From Phoronis australis (lineage: Eukaryota > Animalia > Phoronida): a stretch of 64,000 bases of DNA. This document shows, piece by piece, positions 1 to 11,573 of the stretch. A program made the position numbers and the translations under genes. The first letter of the stretch is position 1, and every line of letters begins with the position of its first letter. The notes under the pieces are model-generated. The model did no database searches. It worked only from the letters and a program-made list of their open reading frames with translations, and had not been told where the DNA came from. The DNA is taken from NCBI GenBank assembly GCA_002633005.1, contig NMRA01000371.1:1-64000 (forward strand), read 5' to 3'.

Positions 1-294
1 TAAAATAGCATTGGTGTTTAGTTCCTTACGTAGGCCGGTCGAACCTAGGAACCAATATGGGTCGAACCTATTTTTTCAGTTTTATTTTTTTCCTCGTTTT
101 GAAAAGGTACTTTACTATCATCGGAAAGGTAGTACATTCAACTCAGTAAAAATCGAAAAAGTATCAAAATCGGGGCAAGCACTGTAAAGTTATTGCAAGT
201 TTTGCGGCGAAATTTGGGTCACTTTGTTTGGATCGCGTCGGCCATATTGGAGGACAGCGGGATGAGTTACGGGTTTAAAACTTTGTGTAAATTG

Positions 295-435
295 TTTTCG
301 CCAACAAATTACGTTGACATTTAGTTAGACATAACTTTACTTACTACTCTGCACGATTTAGCAGTGTTAACCAAATTTCAGCCTCGCAGTTGTTACTCAT
401 TAAGTGATAAATGTGCTCACAATTCCCGTTGGACT
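295..435 (-). repeat. Fragment of an old dispersed repeat, homologous in reverse orientation to 27536-27660
   Basis: Its reverse complement (agtccaacgggaattgtgagcac...gagtaacaactgcg) aligns by eye with agtccaacgtgaattgtgagcaa...aagtaacatctgcg at 27536. Confidence 0.6.
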
Positions 436-640
436 TCGTCTCATTTCTGGCGGCACCTACAATGTCGACTTTTGCTGAACTGAAAGGCATGTTCAATCGG
501 CTACTTTGTAATTTGTGAAGATTTAACGTTGATACATTTTGACAAACGTTGCTCCAAAAAAGAAACTTTGTTCAATTTTCGTGTTTTTGTGTTTGTGGCC
601 AGCGACCAGTTAGGCCTAAAGGTAGTCTTGGCGCAAAGCT

Positions 641-793
641 GCCTCCCGTTCAGTAACGCTAGGACCTCGCTAAAAAGCAAGACTTCGCGAGAATACGTGA
701 GATTTCGCCGTGTATTTTGAATAAGAACACGTGACTTTGACTAGGTTTTACCTAGGTCCTAGCGTAGGTCCTAGCGTCTACTGAACGCACGCC
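641..793. mobile_element. ~150-bp MITE, copy 1
   Basis: Terminal inverted repeats gcctcccgttcagtaacgctaggacct / aggtcctagcgtctactgaacgcacgcc; near-identical reverse-complement copy at 44877-45017. Confidence 0.8.
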
Positions 794-1289
794 TGTATTG
801 GCCTACTAACAAGCTGTATTTTGACTATAGTCTTCACTGGTTGCTGGTGACTGAGTCTCAACGAAAGTCTGCCGCGGCAGTGTTACACAGGACTAACCAG
901 TCCGTAATTTCATGCAAGTATCTGAAACTCCCCTTGAATATATGCAGCATTTATCATTTGACCATTTTACTTCGACAAAACAGCTTGCAACCGCATGCAT
1001 TTATCGTTCGCCAGTGTCTGGTCTCGATCCGCACCGGGTCCGATGGGCTGCGGTCCCGAGTCTGGCAAAATAATTTCTGCCAAAATTTATTCGCCACATT
1101 TCTTCAGCAAATTCGATAAAATTGTCTGGAGTTTGATTTTATTAAAATTAAGGCGCGCTGTCGATCATTTTATCCCCGTTTGCTGGCTGGTAACAGTACA
1201 GGCACTGCTTGAGTCGCACTGACGGCGTTTTCTCGGCCTGGGTTCCTGAATGAATTGTACTTCCGGGTTCGCGGCAAGTTCAAAATGGC

Positions 1290-1636
1290 GGTGTTTCTTC
1301 GGGTGCGAATCATGAGTGGCGCGTTCATTTAAACTGTTTTCGAGTACAGATCGTGTATTAGTTATGGGGTAGGTACTTCTTGGATCCTTATAACATCTTC
1401 TAACCATGTAATAAGGTTTAACAATGCGTGAGAGAAGGACTTTAATACATTTATCCCACTATAACCAACATAGCAAGAGAGGTGTTTCTTCGGGTGCGAA
1501 TCATGAGTGGCGCGTTCATTTAAACTGTTTTCGAGTACGGATCGTGTATTAGTTATGGAGTAGGTACTTCTTGGATCCTTATAACATCTTCTAACCATGT
1601 AATAAGGGTTAACAACGCGTGAGACAAGGACTTTAA
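1290..1636. repeat. Direct duplication of a ~155-bp unit (period 191 bp)
   Basis: ggtgtttcttcgggtgcgaatcatgagtggc...aaggactttaa occurs at 1290 and 1481. Confidence 0.9.
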
Positions 1637-2523
1637 GACTTGTTACTGCCAAATATCAGCGTCACTGGTGAAAATTTTTCCACGTCTCTTGAAGTTTGAA
1701 GTTTGCCCCATTCAGGCCTATGTTAACGATCGTCCGGAAGCCCATATTTGAGCGCATAGCTCATTTTGAAATCAAGTTTGTGGCTGAATTCATTTTGCCA
1801 TCGGATTTGCCGATAGCCGAGGTGATTACCAGGAGTACTCAGAGGTTGCTAGTCCAAATTTCATGCTGTTTTTCGAAAATTTTTCCACGTCTCTTGTGTT
1901 CAGAAAATGGATCCACGTACAGTGCTGTGAGATTAAATGTTGCCGATCGCCCGGCTGTCTTGCAATGGACTTTGCACTCTGTATAGATGAGAGATTACCT
2001 CAGAATCGGTAAGAAACTGTTATGTTCATTTTCTCATCCGTTATGAGTTTAGAAATACTTTCGAAGTTTGAAAAAAGTCGGATTTTATACAGTTTTATGC
2101 AGGTTTTTCGCCTGTGAGTATAGTTGATACTGGTTATCTTCAAAATGTTGTTTCGTTTTGTGATCCACAGAACGTTGTCCTTTCGTCTTAATTTAATACT
2201 GTTACATTGGAGTGGATTCCAGACACACATGTATTGGCAAACATCTGAAGATTAATAAAAAGCGCTTTGGCAGCCCACTTAGGCTGCAAGCACACACCGG
2301 CTAGCTGGTGTTCAATTCACTTTTGCTGTGCATATGTGTAGGCCTAGAGCTGTGACCCCAATGACCCAGCTAGCACTGTCATACTGTAGACTGTGGCATT
2401 CCAGAAATTCCAAAGACTGTTATTGTAAACTTGACAAATATTGCTCTGCAGACTATATATTGACTTCAGTGGGGCTCACGGTACTAGCGCCCAAGCTTCC
2501 TGACCATTAACCTTACTATGCGT

Positions 2524-3068
2524 TGTTACGATTGGTTAGGGACATGGCGCAAAGCGTCACCTAGCGGATCAAGAATGTTACAAATTTCTGGCGTTGGGAC
2601 ATGGCCAAATATGGTCAGAAGCTAGTAGCTAAGGGCCTTGCCCTTCAGATCGTGTCTGATTGGTTGAAATTGTGTACTTAAGCTTTGCCTCTGTCAGACA
2701 CGAGGAGTCCAGTCGCAGAGTTCAAGAAGCAAACATGTACACCTTCACTCACACCAAATTGCAACTGTTTGTGCAGCTTTCGGGCTCCTCCCGAACTTGG
2801 TTGCCAATAGTTTAGCCCCAGCAATTCTCGGGCTCCTCCCGAGCTTGATTGCACCTCACCTTTCGGATCTGAATAACCAAATTGCCCCGTTCTTGCACAC
2901 ACAAGTATTAATCAGCGACTGGCTTGCCCGTGTATCAGAACTGTATAAATCACAACGCTGCGATACTAAGTCATGGAACAACTGAATTGCTTGTAAGTGT
3001 GAAATATTGTAGTCATATATTCTTACAATAAACCTATGTATTATTCACCAACTTTTAGTTTTCAACAT
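2524..3068 (+). mobile_element. Possible solo LTR
   Basis: TGTT...AACA ends, TATA-like gtataaat at ~2943, AATAAA at ~3027, short internal repeat (cgggctcctcccga x2); no TSD or PBS seen. Confidence 0.4.
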
Positions 3069-3328
3069 CACCCTCAGTCCGCACCGGGCTCGTAAAATCG
3101 GAGCGCCTTGGTCGTAGATACCGCCCCCGTTACACTGGTGCGCGTGGCCCGCGGATATGTGCGAATGATGTGGAAAAGCAGTAAAATAAAGTTTCTTACC
3201 GTCCATGCCAATTCCGTGCGTTAATGACATTCTTTTCGTTGCTCATGCCGTTGACGTCTTGTCACGCTCGCTGGGTGATGTTTGGAATTAATTAACTCAC
3301 ACAGCAAACGTCTGTTGAAGGTTGCGTG

Positions 3329-3738
3329 TTCAAAGTTCGCAAAACGTAATAGTAGCGACATTGAACACATGTTTGTCAGTACTCCTGAGTTGATTTGCCG
3401 TTGAGGTTCCACTAAATACCCTTGTCGATTATCAATTCTCAACTTGTCTTTTGTTGCTGTTAACTTCCATGGATAACCTTGCTTTCGCGAAACTTGCAAT
3501 ATTCAGGTGGCGATAGCTTGAATGTGGATTCAAAGTTCGCAAAACGTAATATTTCAAACTCATAGTAGCGACATTGAACACATTTTTGTCAGTACTCCTG
3601 AGTTGATTTTCCGTTGAGGTTTCACTAAATACCCTTGTCGATTATCAATTCACCTTTGTCGTGTGTTGCTGTTAATTTCCATGGATAACCTTGCTTTCGC
3701 GAAACTTGCAATATTCAGGTGGCGATAGCTTGAATGTG
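3329..3738. repeat. Tandem duplication of a ~200-bp unit
   Basis: ttcaaagttcgcaaaacgtaata...gcttgaatgtgg occurs twice (from ~3329 and ~3529). Confidence 0.9.
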
Positions 3739-3972
3739 GGAAGTAACGCCCACTTGTTGCCCAATTAATATTTTCTAGAAGTAGATTCATGCCTGTTGAC
3801 GCTCTGTTGTTAGGCTACTCCATTCGTCTTCGGTTACTGTTGTCTGGTGTACTCCACGTATTAGCAGGACACGTTTTAGTGGTTGAGTCAATTACTGAGA
3901 GTATCATCTACTGACCTCAGGCTCAGTTCTATACGTTACATTTGCTGATTTCATCCAATTCCATAATCCAAA

Positions 3973-4785
3973 ATGGCCCGTTTCTTGTCAAATGTGTGGA
4001 ATTGGTTTACTCCCTCGTTTATGGCGGCAGAAAATCACGTCGAACCGGATCCTCTGCCTGAAATTGTCCCAGTTGGTGATTATAGAGACCGTTCCTCTGA
4101 AATGCCATACGTCGACTGTCCAAGCAACAACCCGCCTAGTGTATTAATTTACCATCAGCGACAGGCCACTATACATGTAAATCAGACTGACAGGGGAGGA
4201 TTGGATTCGATGGCCCCCTGTTTCAAGCAAAATTCAACATAACAGCAGCAACAACACGCGCTCGCCCTACCGAAACGCAAAGAACGGGTGCCACAACATT
4301 TTGACGGAAAATCATGTGAATAGCCAGACTTTCAGCGCCAATTCGAGAAAATTTGTAGGTGGAATGGTTAATTGGGACGAGCAGGAGTCGGTCATGCAGT
4401 TAGTCATGTGTCTGCGGGGGCCGGCCTTGCGTGCTGTAGGGGACCTCGACGATGAAGTGTCTGAGAATTTTGACGATTTAAAAGCGGCGCTTACGCAGCG
4501 GTTCTGTCCCGCAGAACGCGGATAGCCGCGCACAGATGCGAGTTTCGAGGAAGGACGAGGGGGGAAACGGAAAACATCTCGGACTATGGTTTTAGTCTAA
4601 AACGGCTAGCGTCATTGGCATTCCCTGAGTTAGCCAGTGACGCCCGTGAAGTTCTGGTCGTAGACCAATTCATAGCTGGGCTCAACGACCAGGCGCTGCG
4701 GAGGCACGTGCAATTTCAGAGGCCACTGTCCGTGGACATAGCGATTTCTCATGCACTCGAGTTCGAGGCATTTGAAGGGACTTGA
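3973..4785 (+). pseudogene. gag: Gypsy-type gag (capsid) pseudogene with stops and frameshifts
   Basis: Translated pieces PQHFDGKS..*..FQRQFE, NWDEQESVMQLVMCLRGPA, FDDLKAALTQRF, FRGRTRGETENISDYGFSLKRLASLAFP, DQFIAGL..ALRRHVQFQRP..A.EFEA match the retrotransposon capsid pattern. Confidence 0.8.
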
Positions 4786-5075
4786 TATGCCCAAAATTGT
4801 AGTCCGTTGATCATTTGAAGCCGTGGCATGGGCCTACTGGAGTTCACGAGGGACGAGATGCCACTCCGGAGCCTGATCAGGGTGCGGAGGGGGTAAGCTC
4901 ACCAGAAGAGGTCGACAGTGAATTGTGTTCTGGCTCTCTGGACATTCTGAGTGAGGCTCAGAATGATGTTTCTTCGGGTACTAGCTGCCGTGGCGCTGTC
5001 CACGCTGCAGCAGGTACCCCAGTTGTTCGCAACCGCCGAGGCAGATTGATCAAGAAACCGGCCCGGTTTCTATAA
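4786..5075 (+). pseudogene. Extreme C-terminus of a Gypsy integrase joined directly to gag (pol deleted)
   Basis: VDHLKPW motif, acidic linker and terminal RNRRGRLIKKPARFL* typical of Gypsy integrase tails; no PR/RT/RNase H in between. Confidence 0.7.
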
Positions 5076-5104
5076 TGTTTTTTTTATTTTGTTACTTCTT
5101 GCAG

Positions 5105-5576
5105 AGACCTTCAGCCAGATCCTGCTGAGGTGGATCAGCTTGTGGGGAAGCCAGAGGAGGCCACCAGCCAATCTCGACCCGTATACAAGTGCGCCGAGTG
5201 TGACAGGACGTTCACCAAATTTTACATGCTGAAGCGGCACGAAAAAACTTGCTCACCGTTAATTAAACTTACCTGTTGTTCACATTGTAAGCGTAGGTTT
5301 TCAGCTAGGCACGCGTGCCGAAAACACCAACGCAAGACCGGCCACGACGGAACGACAGAAATACTGGTTGAGAACCGGAAACATGCAAAGGCTGTCGCTG
5401 CCGCAGAACGCCGGCGAGAGGTAGACGCCAGAAGGGACGTTCCACAGCCATTTCCTGAAGTTACAGTGGCGCGAGACGAGGCAGTGCGTTGGGACCGAGA
5501 AGGCCAGATGTATGTCTCCCCCAAACAGCACTGGTTCCGTGTCCCCGTCGAGCCATACCGCCGTTATATTAGCTAG
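5105..5576 (+). CDS. C2H2 zinc-finger ORF/exon immediately downstream of the Gypsy pol stop
   Basis: YKCAECDRTFTKFYMLKRHEKTC (C2HC variant) and CSHCKRRFSARHACRKHQRKTGH (C2H2); polypyrimidine tract and CAG acceptor at 5078-5104; frame open from 5106. Confidence 0.65.
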
Positions 5577-7054
5577 CTATTGTNAAGTCCGAAGTGTCAT
5601 ACCTTGTAGTATTATATGTAGTGTATTGGGGACGATCAGAAGCTGAGGACGCCTGTGGTTTCACTCACCTGCTCAGCCTCAGCTCAGCCTGTCTCAATCA
5701 ACCGTTCACGTTTGGCCTCCCTGATACTTCTGGCTAGGACTTCTGGCTACGCTATTGACGGTTTTTCACCTCCACTCTTTTCAGTTTTTGACATTTGGTG
5801 AACGTTATTTTTACAAGGACTGCCATTGAGTGAATGGAGACTCGTGACTGACACGCCAACATGTCAAGGTCAAGGTCAAGGTCAATAATAAGTTCCGAAC
5901 TTCCGAAGCATCATATTTCGCCAGTAATGTGATTACTGGTAGTTTATCACCCTCAATCTTCATGTCTCCAAAATTCATCAATTGAGATCAACCCGTCACC
6001 TCTAAGTCCTTTGCAAGGAAAGTAAAACGGTTTTATTTTTGCCCCTTCCCCCGCCGCACGCTTCTTTTCGGAATGTGGTCTCCTTTACCGAAGAGTTTCA
6101 AATGACTATTGCGATGTTCTTTTGTTAAATCATACTAATGATGACTGAAGGATCCTGAAAGAATGAATGAATGAACTGTACACTTTACAAACACCCATAG
6201 TAGTAAAAAAGTAATGCAATACAAAGCGGTGCAATATAAAAACAACAGAAGTATTTTGGTCATGTTATTGCGGCCATAAGGCCCGGCTGCATGCTGGCCC
6301 GAATTGGTCTCACGCGGCGCCAGTGGCTGTAATAGTTGAGTGCCCTCGCTGCCATCCGCCCAGGAAGAAGGGCTGAGCTGCCAAAGGTAACATTTCTGTA
6401 TGTCTTCCCATGTGAATCCTTTGAAAGCCAACAGGAGCGACTGGAAGCAGATGAGTTTATAGAAATCCGGTCGCAGACTATACTGCCAAGTGAACTCCCG
6501 CTTCCCGGCCGAGTCGAATAGCAATTGATCATTCTATTATTACTTTTGTAATTTGGCCAATTTTTTAATTTTTCAAATTCATTCACATACTGGAAATCAA
6601 TGATTTGAAATATTGAGTACTTAATGATCTAGCTGTGACATAGGCCTAAACGAGTAAGCCCCCGACGGACGGTCATCGTGTTTACAATCAGGCAAGGCAT
6701 GGCCTGCTTCGACCCGAGTGTCAATGTCCGTCTGTCGTGGCCGCGTCGATCCGGCTACAGCTGGCAGGGCTACATGGATGAACAAGAGAAATGAGTGAGG
6801 GCGTTTGCATAACACGTACTATATTCAGTTCGGCAGAGCGAGCCTGATGTTTGAAGTGACCAAAAAGTGCGCCTTTAACAAATAGCTCAGTTGAGCATAT
6901 GATTCGGAAAGCAACTGAAGAGTAAACAACTAACAAACACCATTCCAGAGCCGGCTGAGAGAAAGACTCGCGACAATGAAACTATAATACAGGCCTAACA
7001 AAGTATTAGCTACACCAACGATGCAGAAAACTGGAACCGGCCATATCCGGCACA

Positions 7055-7210
7055 ATGATCCTGTTCTCATGAGATAGAAATGACTGTGGATCCATCCGAG
7101 TCATGAAGTACCCCTTACGCCGTAGTATCTGATATCTTCTCCAAGAGTCTTGGATGCCTTGTCAAAGGCTTTAGAGAAGTCCAGCCCCACGGCGTCGGTT
7201 TGAGTTCTTG
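7055..7210 (-). mobile_element. Short LINE RT fragment, same family as 24480-26570
   Basis: Reverse complement encodes TQTDAVGLDFSKAFDK and aligns with ~25331-25470. Confidence 0.75.
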
Positions 7211-7489
7211 AGTGCAGTGCCTGCCTTCGTAGTTTGGAGTAAGTCACACGCGGGCGCACCCCCCCCCGCCACCACTTTTTTCAGTGCGGCTGCATGCGCC
7301 ACCCACTGGGTCATCTATGAATGTGAAGTTTTTGGCATGATATACATGTAACAACGAATAAACCGGCTATGACAGTAACGGAAGAGACCATTTTGATCAC
7401 ACTAGCAGAGGCCGGAATCTGCGAGGTGGGGGAGTGGGTTCAGGGGGTTAACACCCCCGACGGAGACAGGATCAAACTGAATAAACCGG

Positions 7490-8670
7490 CAAGAGCAACG
7501 TGGCGCGTTGAAATGCGCCCACGAATGCACTGCAAACGGTGTGCTTCTAGGGTGTTTATTTGTATCATAAAAATGGCCACTAGATTGTGCACAATATTTC
7601 GAATCTATCAAAAAATTCGAAAATGTCACCGTTTTTTGACAGAAAGCTATTTACCACATTTCATGAAAATCCGTCAAGAAACTTTAGCAAAACGGAAAAA
7701 ACTAAATTGCCACTAGGGGACAAAGGCTCATTGGGTCCGTCTGAAAGTTGTCGTCTTCCGTTAAAGTGTCAACGTCATATAAATACACCTGCTAAATTCA
7801 ATAAACATATTCTGCAGAGGGCTTAGGACTGAGTACAGCTAAGGGCGCAAAAACCTGCCACTAGGAGGCGCCACAGTAATTGAACCCGGAAAATCATCGT
7901 CAACCGTCCTCAGGTCATAGAAGTCAATTTTCAAAATCACCCTAAGACTGTTTGGTTGACAGGGGGCGGACGGCAAAAACAGACTAGAAAACAATAACAA
8001 TGGCCACTAGATGGCTCAAAATATGTTGAATTCCTCTGAAAACCCGGAAAATGTCACCATTTCTTTGAAAGAAAGCTATTTAACAAATTTCATGACAATT
8101 CGTCGAGGAACTTCGGAGAAACAGAAGATAATTGAGAAAAATGAAATTGCAACTAGGGGACAGTGTTAGTCGGGCCCGTCTGAAAGTCATTGTCTTCCGT
8201 TGTTAACTTTATATAAACACGTACATTGGCTACATTTAATAAAGANAAACGTAAAAAAATTCAATTGCCACACCTGCAGTCCAATCGGTCCGAAAGTCGT
8301 CGTCGTCGGTCGTCAACTTCATATAAACACATTTGCTACATACAATAAAGATCTTGTAGAGCGTTTAGAAGATACAACCATGGGCGCAAAAACAAACAAA
8401 ACTGCCACTAGGAGGCGCCACAGTAGCCAAAGTCGTCGTATCGGAAATTCATCGTCAACCGTCCTCTTCATAGTAAGAACATAGATCTACATGCCAATTT
8501 TCGCAATCATCCTTAGAGCGGTTTGGCTGACAGAGGGGTGGACGCCAAAAGACGGACTCGAAAATAGTAAAAATGGCCACTAGATGGCGCAAAATGCCTC
8601 GAATCCATCCGAAAACGGAACGATAGCGTCACATCGTTAATAGAAGCCTATGTGCCAAATTTCGTGAAAA
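7490..8670 (-). mobile_element. Helentron-associated non-autonomous element (HINE/DINE-1-like), 3' part with ~145-bp tandem repeats
   Basis: Begins caagagcaacgtggcgcgttgaaatgcgcccac, the reverse complement of the 3' subTIR and hairpin of the 23631-24345 copy; repeated gccactagrkggc units. Confidence 0.75.
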
Positions 8671-11519
8671 TAGGTTCTTGTTTCTTTTTAAAGCAATACC
8701 ACTTCTCCGTCTTTAAGCGTACTAAAGTCCCTCTTTTGTCGCCTATGTGCGGTTTGACATGGTCTTTTATCGAAATGCTTCTGCTGTTGTTGCCGCTATT
8801 GTGTTTGCTAGATGAAACTTCCCTACCATTATAATGCCACGTCCGTTTCCGTCTTTGGATGTACGCATCATCACTAAGAAGGAATATTTATAACTTCACC
8901 AGGAAGAGTTCAGCTCTTCTGTTCACTTTTGCCAAAGATGTTGTTCACTTTGAACGCTGAATTTCCAAAATCCAGCGCGTAGCTTAATGAACGCAATATG
9001 GCCAAGCCACAGCATGCAGCTTGTGTTTACATCACTAATGTAATAATGAATCAACACAGCGTCCACTGGTACAGATGGTCTGGTCATCTCACTTAACTTT
9101 CTTACCAGAAGATTCGGTGATTCCTCAAAGCAAGTCTGGTCATCGCAATTCTGGAAAAACAAGGTAGCCGGGTCCAGTGATTCTGGCTGGCCAGACCAAG
9201 TGTCCATGCAATGAAGAAGTTGCTTCCACACATCTTGCATATAATACCTGAAATAAGGCTAACAGACGAGGAATGTCCAAACACAAGCACCTAGCCGAGT
9301 AGGCCTACCTCATATTTCTCTGTCCAGGTTGCTGCACACAGAAAGCGTCCACAGTCAACACTGCTTCCACTTGACTGACCATCTCACTTAATTTTCCTTC
9401 TATTCAGTAGGTTCGGTGATTCCCTAGAGCAAGTCCACTGACCACTGATTATCCGAAACAAATGACCACAGCAGAAGTTGATTCCTCTCACAGCGTATAA
9501 ATTCCCCTTTGAGATGACAAAGATCCGGTAGCCAAGCAAGCCACATATCTCTTTTCTTGATGCTCCAAGTTAAAGAAGCATGGAACGAGAAAGCTCGTCA
9601 AAATATCTTTTCAACAATTTCTGACGAAAGTGCCATCTCGCAACGTTTAGAACAGAGTAACTGACTTTCCCCCATGAGGAATTTCCAGAAAGAAGTCACG
9701 ACGATTTTTGAAATATGCGCGAAGGAAAAACTCTGTGGCTACCACCACCTGTGGATAATCTCCCTCCCACTTGATAGATGCATGCATGCGCTCACACTCA
9801 GTTGCTTGAAGTCGCTTCAGGTCAAAACTCACATTTTCCATATAAGGGAAATATGGTACGTCTATGACTTGTATACCAAATAAGTAGACGTGCTTTGCCT
9901 TGTGGGAGAAAAATCGACGAAGTGGCAGGCAGTTGACCGACCGCTTTCTTTGAAATTTGAAACTAAAAGAAAATATTTTCGACAGAAATTAAAAATCTTT
10001 AAAAACAGACCCTAAAAATACCTGGTGAGCAGGTTGAATTCTGTTTCAGTGGTAGAGAACCACTTTCAATACTGTAATTTAGTCTGTTGATTGCGTTCCA
10101 AGCCTCTTTAAGGTTCTTGGTATAAGTTAATACGCACGGCGAGTGTGCACAGCCACAATTGTTTTCGCTTGTCTGGTCATCTCACTTTTATATCTACCCC
10201 GCAAAGTAGGATAATTTCAAACTGTCGGCAGCATTAGTTGTTTTCTCTCAGTCCACCAAGGCATAATCATACTCAAAATCATGTCGAGTCTTCAGAATCT
10301 CTGTTTTTGCTTAATTATTAGGTGAAAACTTGTTTTTGGTCAACATAACCTATACATTCATTAACCATGTTCGTTATTTCAACATTCACTCGCAATGTTG
10401 CAATGCGTAATTAACTCGTAATTATAAGTACACGTTTTATGTTTGTAAGCCAGAAATATTTATTTCGAGTGAGAAGGTTGCAGGTACACATGCAACTGCT
10501 CTGTGCCTGGAGGAAGATTCGATTTGAGTGACAGCTCTGTAACCTTTGAGCTAGGATAAGTAGTAACAACCACGCTGTTTAGGTGGGTCTGAGATATCTT
10601 TTCTCAACCATATACAGGCAAGATATCGATATTAAAGTTAACTAAAAATGAAGATAAAATATTCATCCACACAGTCAGGTATTCAATATTGCAAGAAATT
10701 AAAAGATTTATTTTTTAACGTCATCTGTCCCGAAATCAGAACACGCTTCCATCGCCGAGTTGTAGTACCTCAGCGATGGATATCTTTCAATTCTGCGTTG
10801 TTACTGTAAAATTTGATATATCTACAAATAGATAATAGGTCACGTAATATGCTAGCAGTAGAATTTTTGACGATTTTTGGGAACGAGGCGAACTGACTGT
10901 ATCTTGCGTGGCGACAGGAAATGCAAAAACATTGGCCACACCCTCATAGATATACCAGCATGGCTGAGCACTTTACTTTTGTCGGTTGTGTGGTTGCCAT
11001 CATTAGCGTTCTACGTCAACTCAAAATGACCAACACATGCTTCGCCCTCGTTTCCCGATCAGCACACTTTTCTCGAAATGACCCACACGATGTTGTATAA
11101 CACACATTTCTTGAGTTGTTTGACTTCTGTTGTCTGTGTTTTGGCTACACTTTTGTATGACAAGGAGGCCATGAAGACTTTCAATAGTAGGCCTAACGCT
11201 ACGCAATTTCATAAAAATCTGTCATCGAACTCTGAACACGGATACCCCCAGGTAAACGTAAAAAACACTAAAATTGACAATAGAGGGTACAGCGGAAGGA
11301 TTCGTCCGAAAGTCCTCGTCGTCATCCGTTGCCACATTCATAGGAAAACACCAAATTTCACAAAGATAGTGCAAGGGCGTCAAAGGAGATCCAGCCGTGT
11401 ATGATTATGCACACTGGCCCACGAATTACCATGGAAATTTGAGCACTAGTAAAAGAATAAGAAACCATCGCCAGCCAGTCAAAACATTCCAGAAAATACT
11501 GGGTATGAGATGCTGGCTG

Positions 11520-11573
11520 TGTATGTGTGTGTGTGCGTGCGTGCGTGCGTGCGTGTGCGTGTGTGTGTGTGTG
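11520..11573. repeat. (TG)n/(TGCG)n microsatellite
   Basis: Directly visible. Confidence 0.95.

Noticed and set aside
2524-3068. 5' LTR of the gag element at 3973
   Set aside because: No PBS after it and no matching 3' LTR downstream of 5576
4890-4898. GTAAG donor splicing the integrase tail to the zinc-finger exon
   Set aside because: The donor is phase 0, whereas the acceptor at 5104 needs phase 2
6135-6586. Overlapping 60-130-aa ORFs
   Set aside because: No recognisable motif and no consistent exon chain
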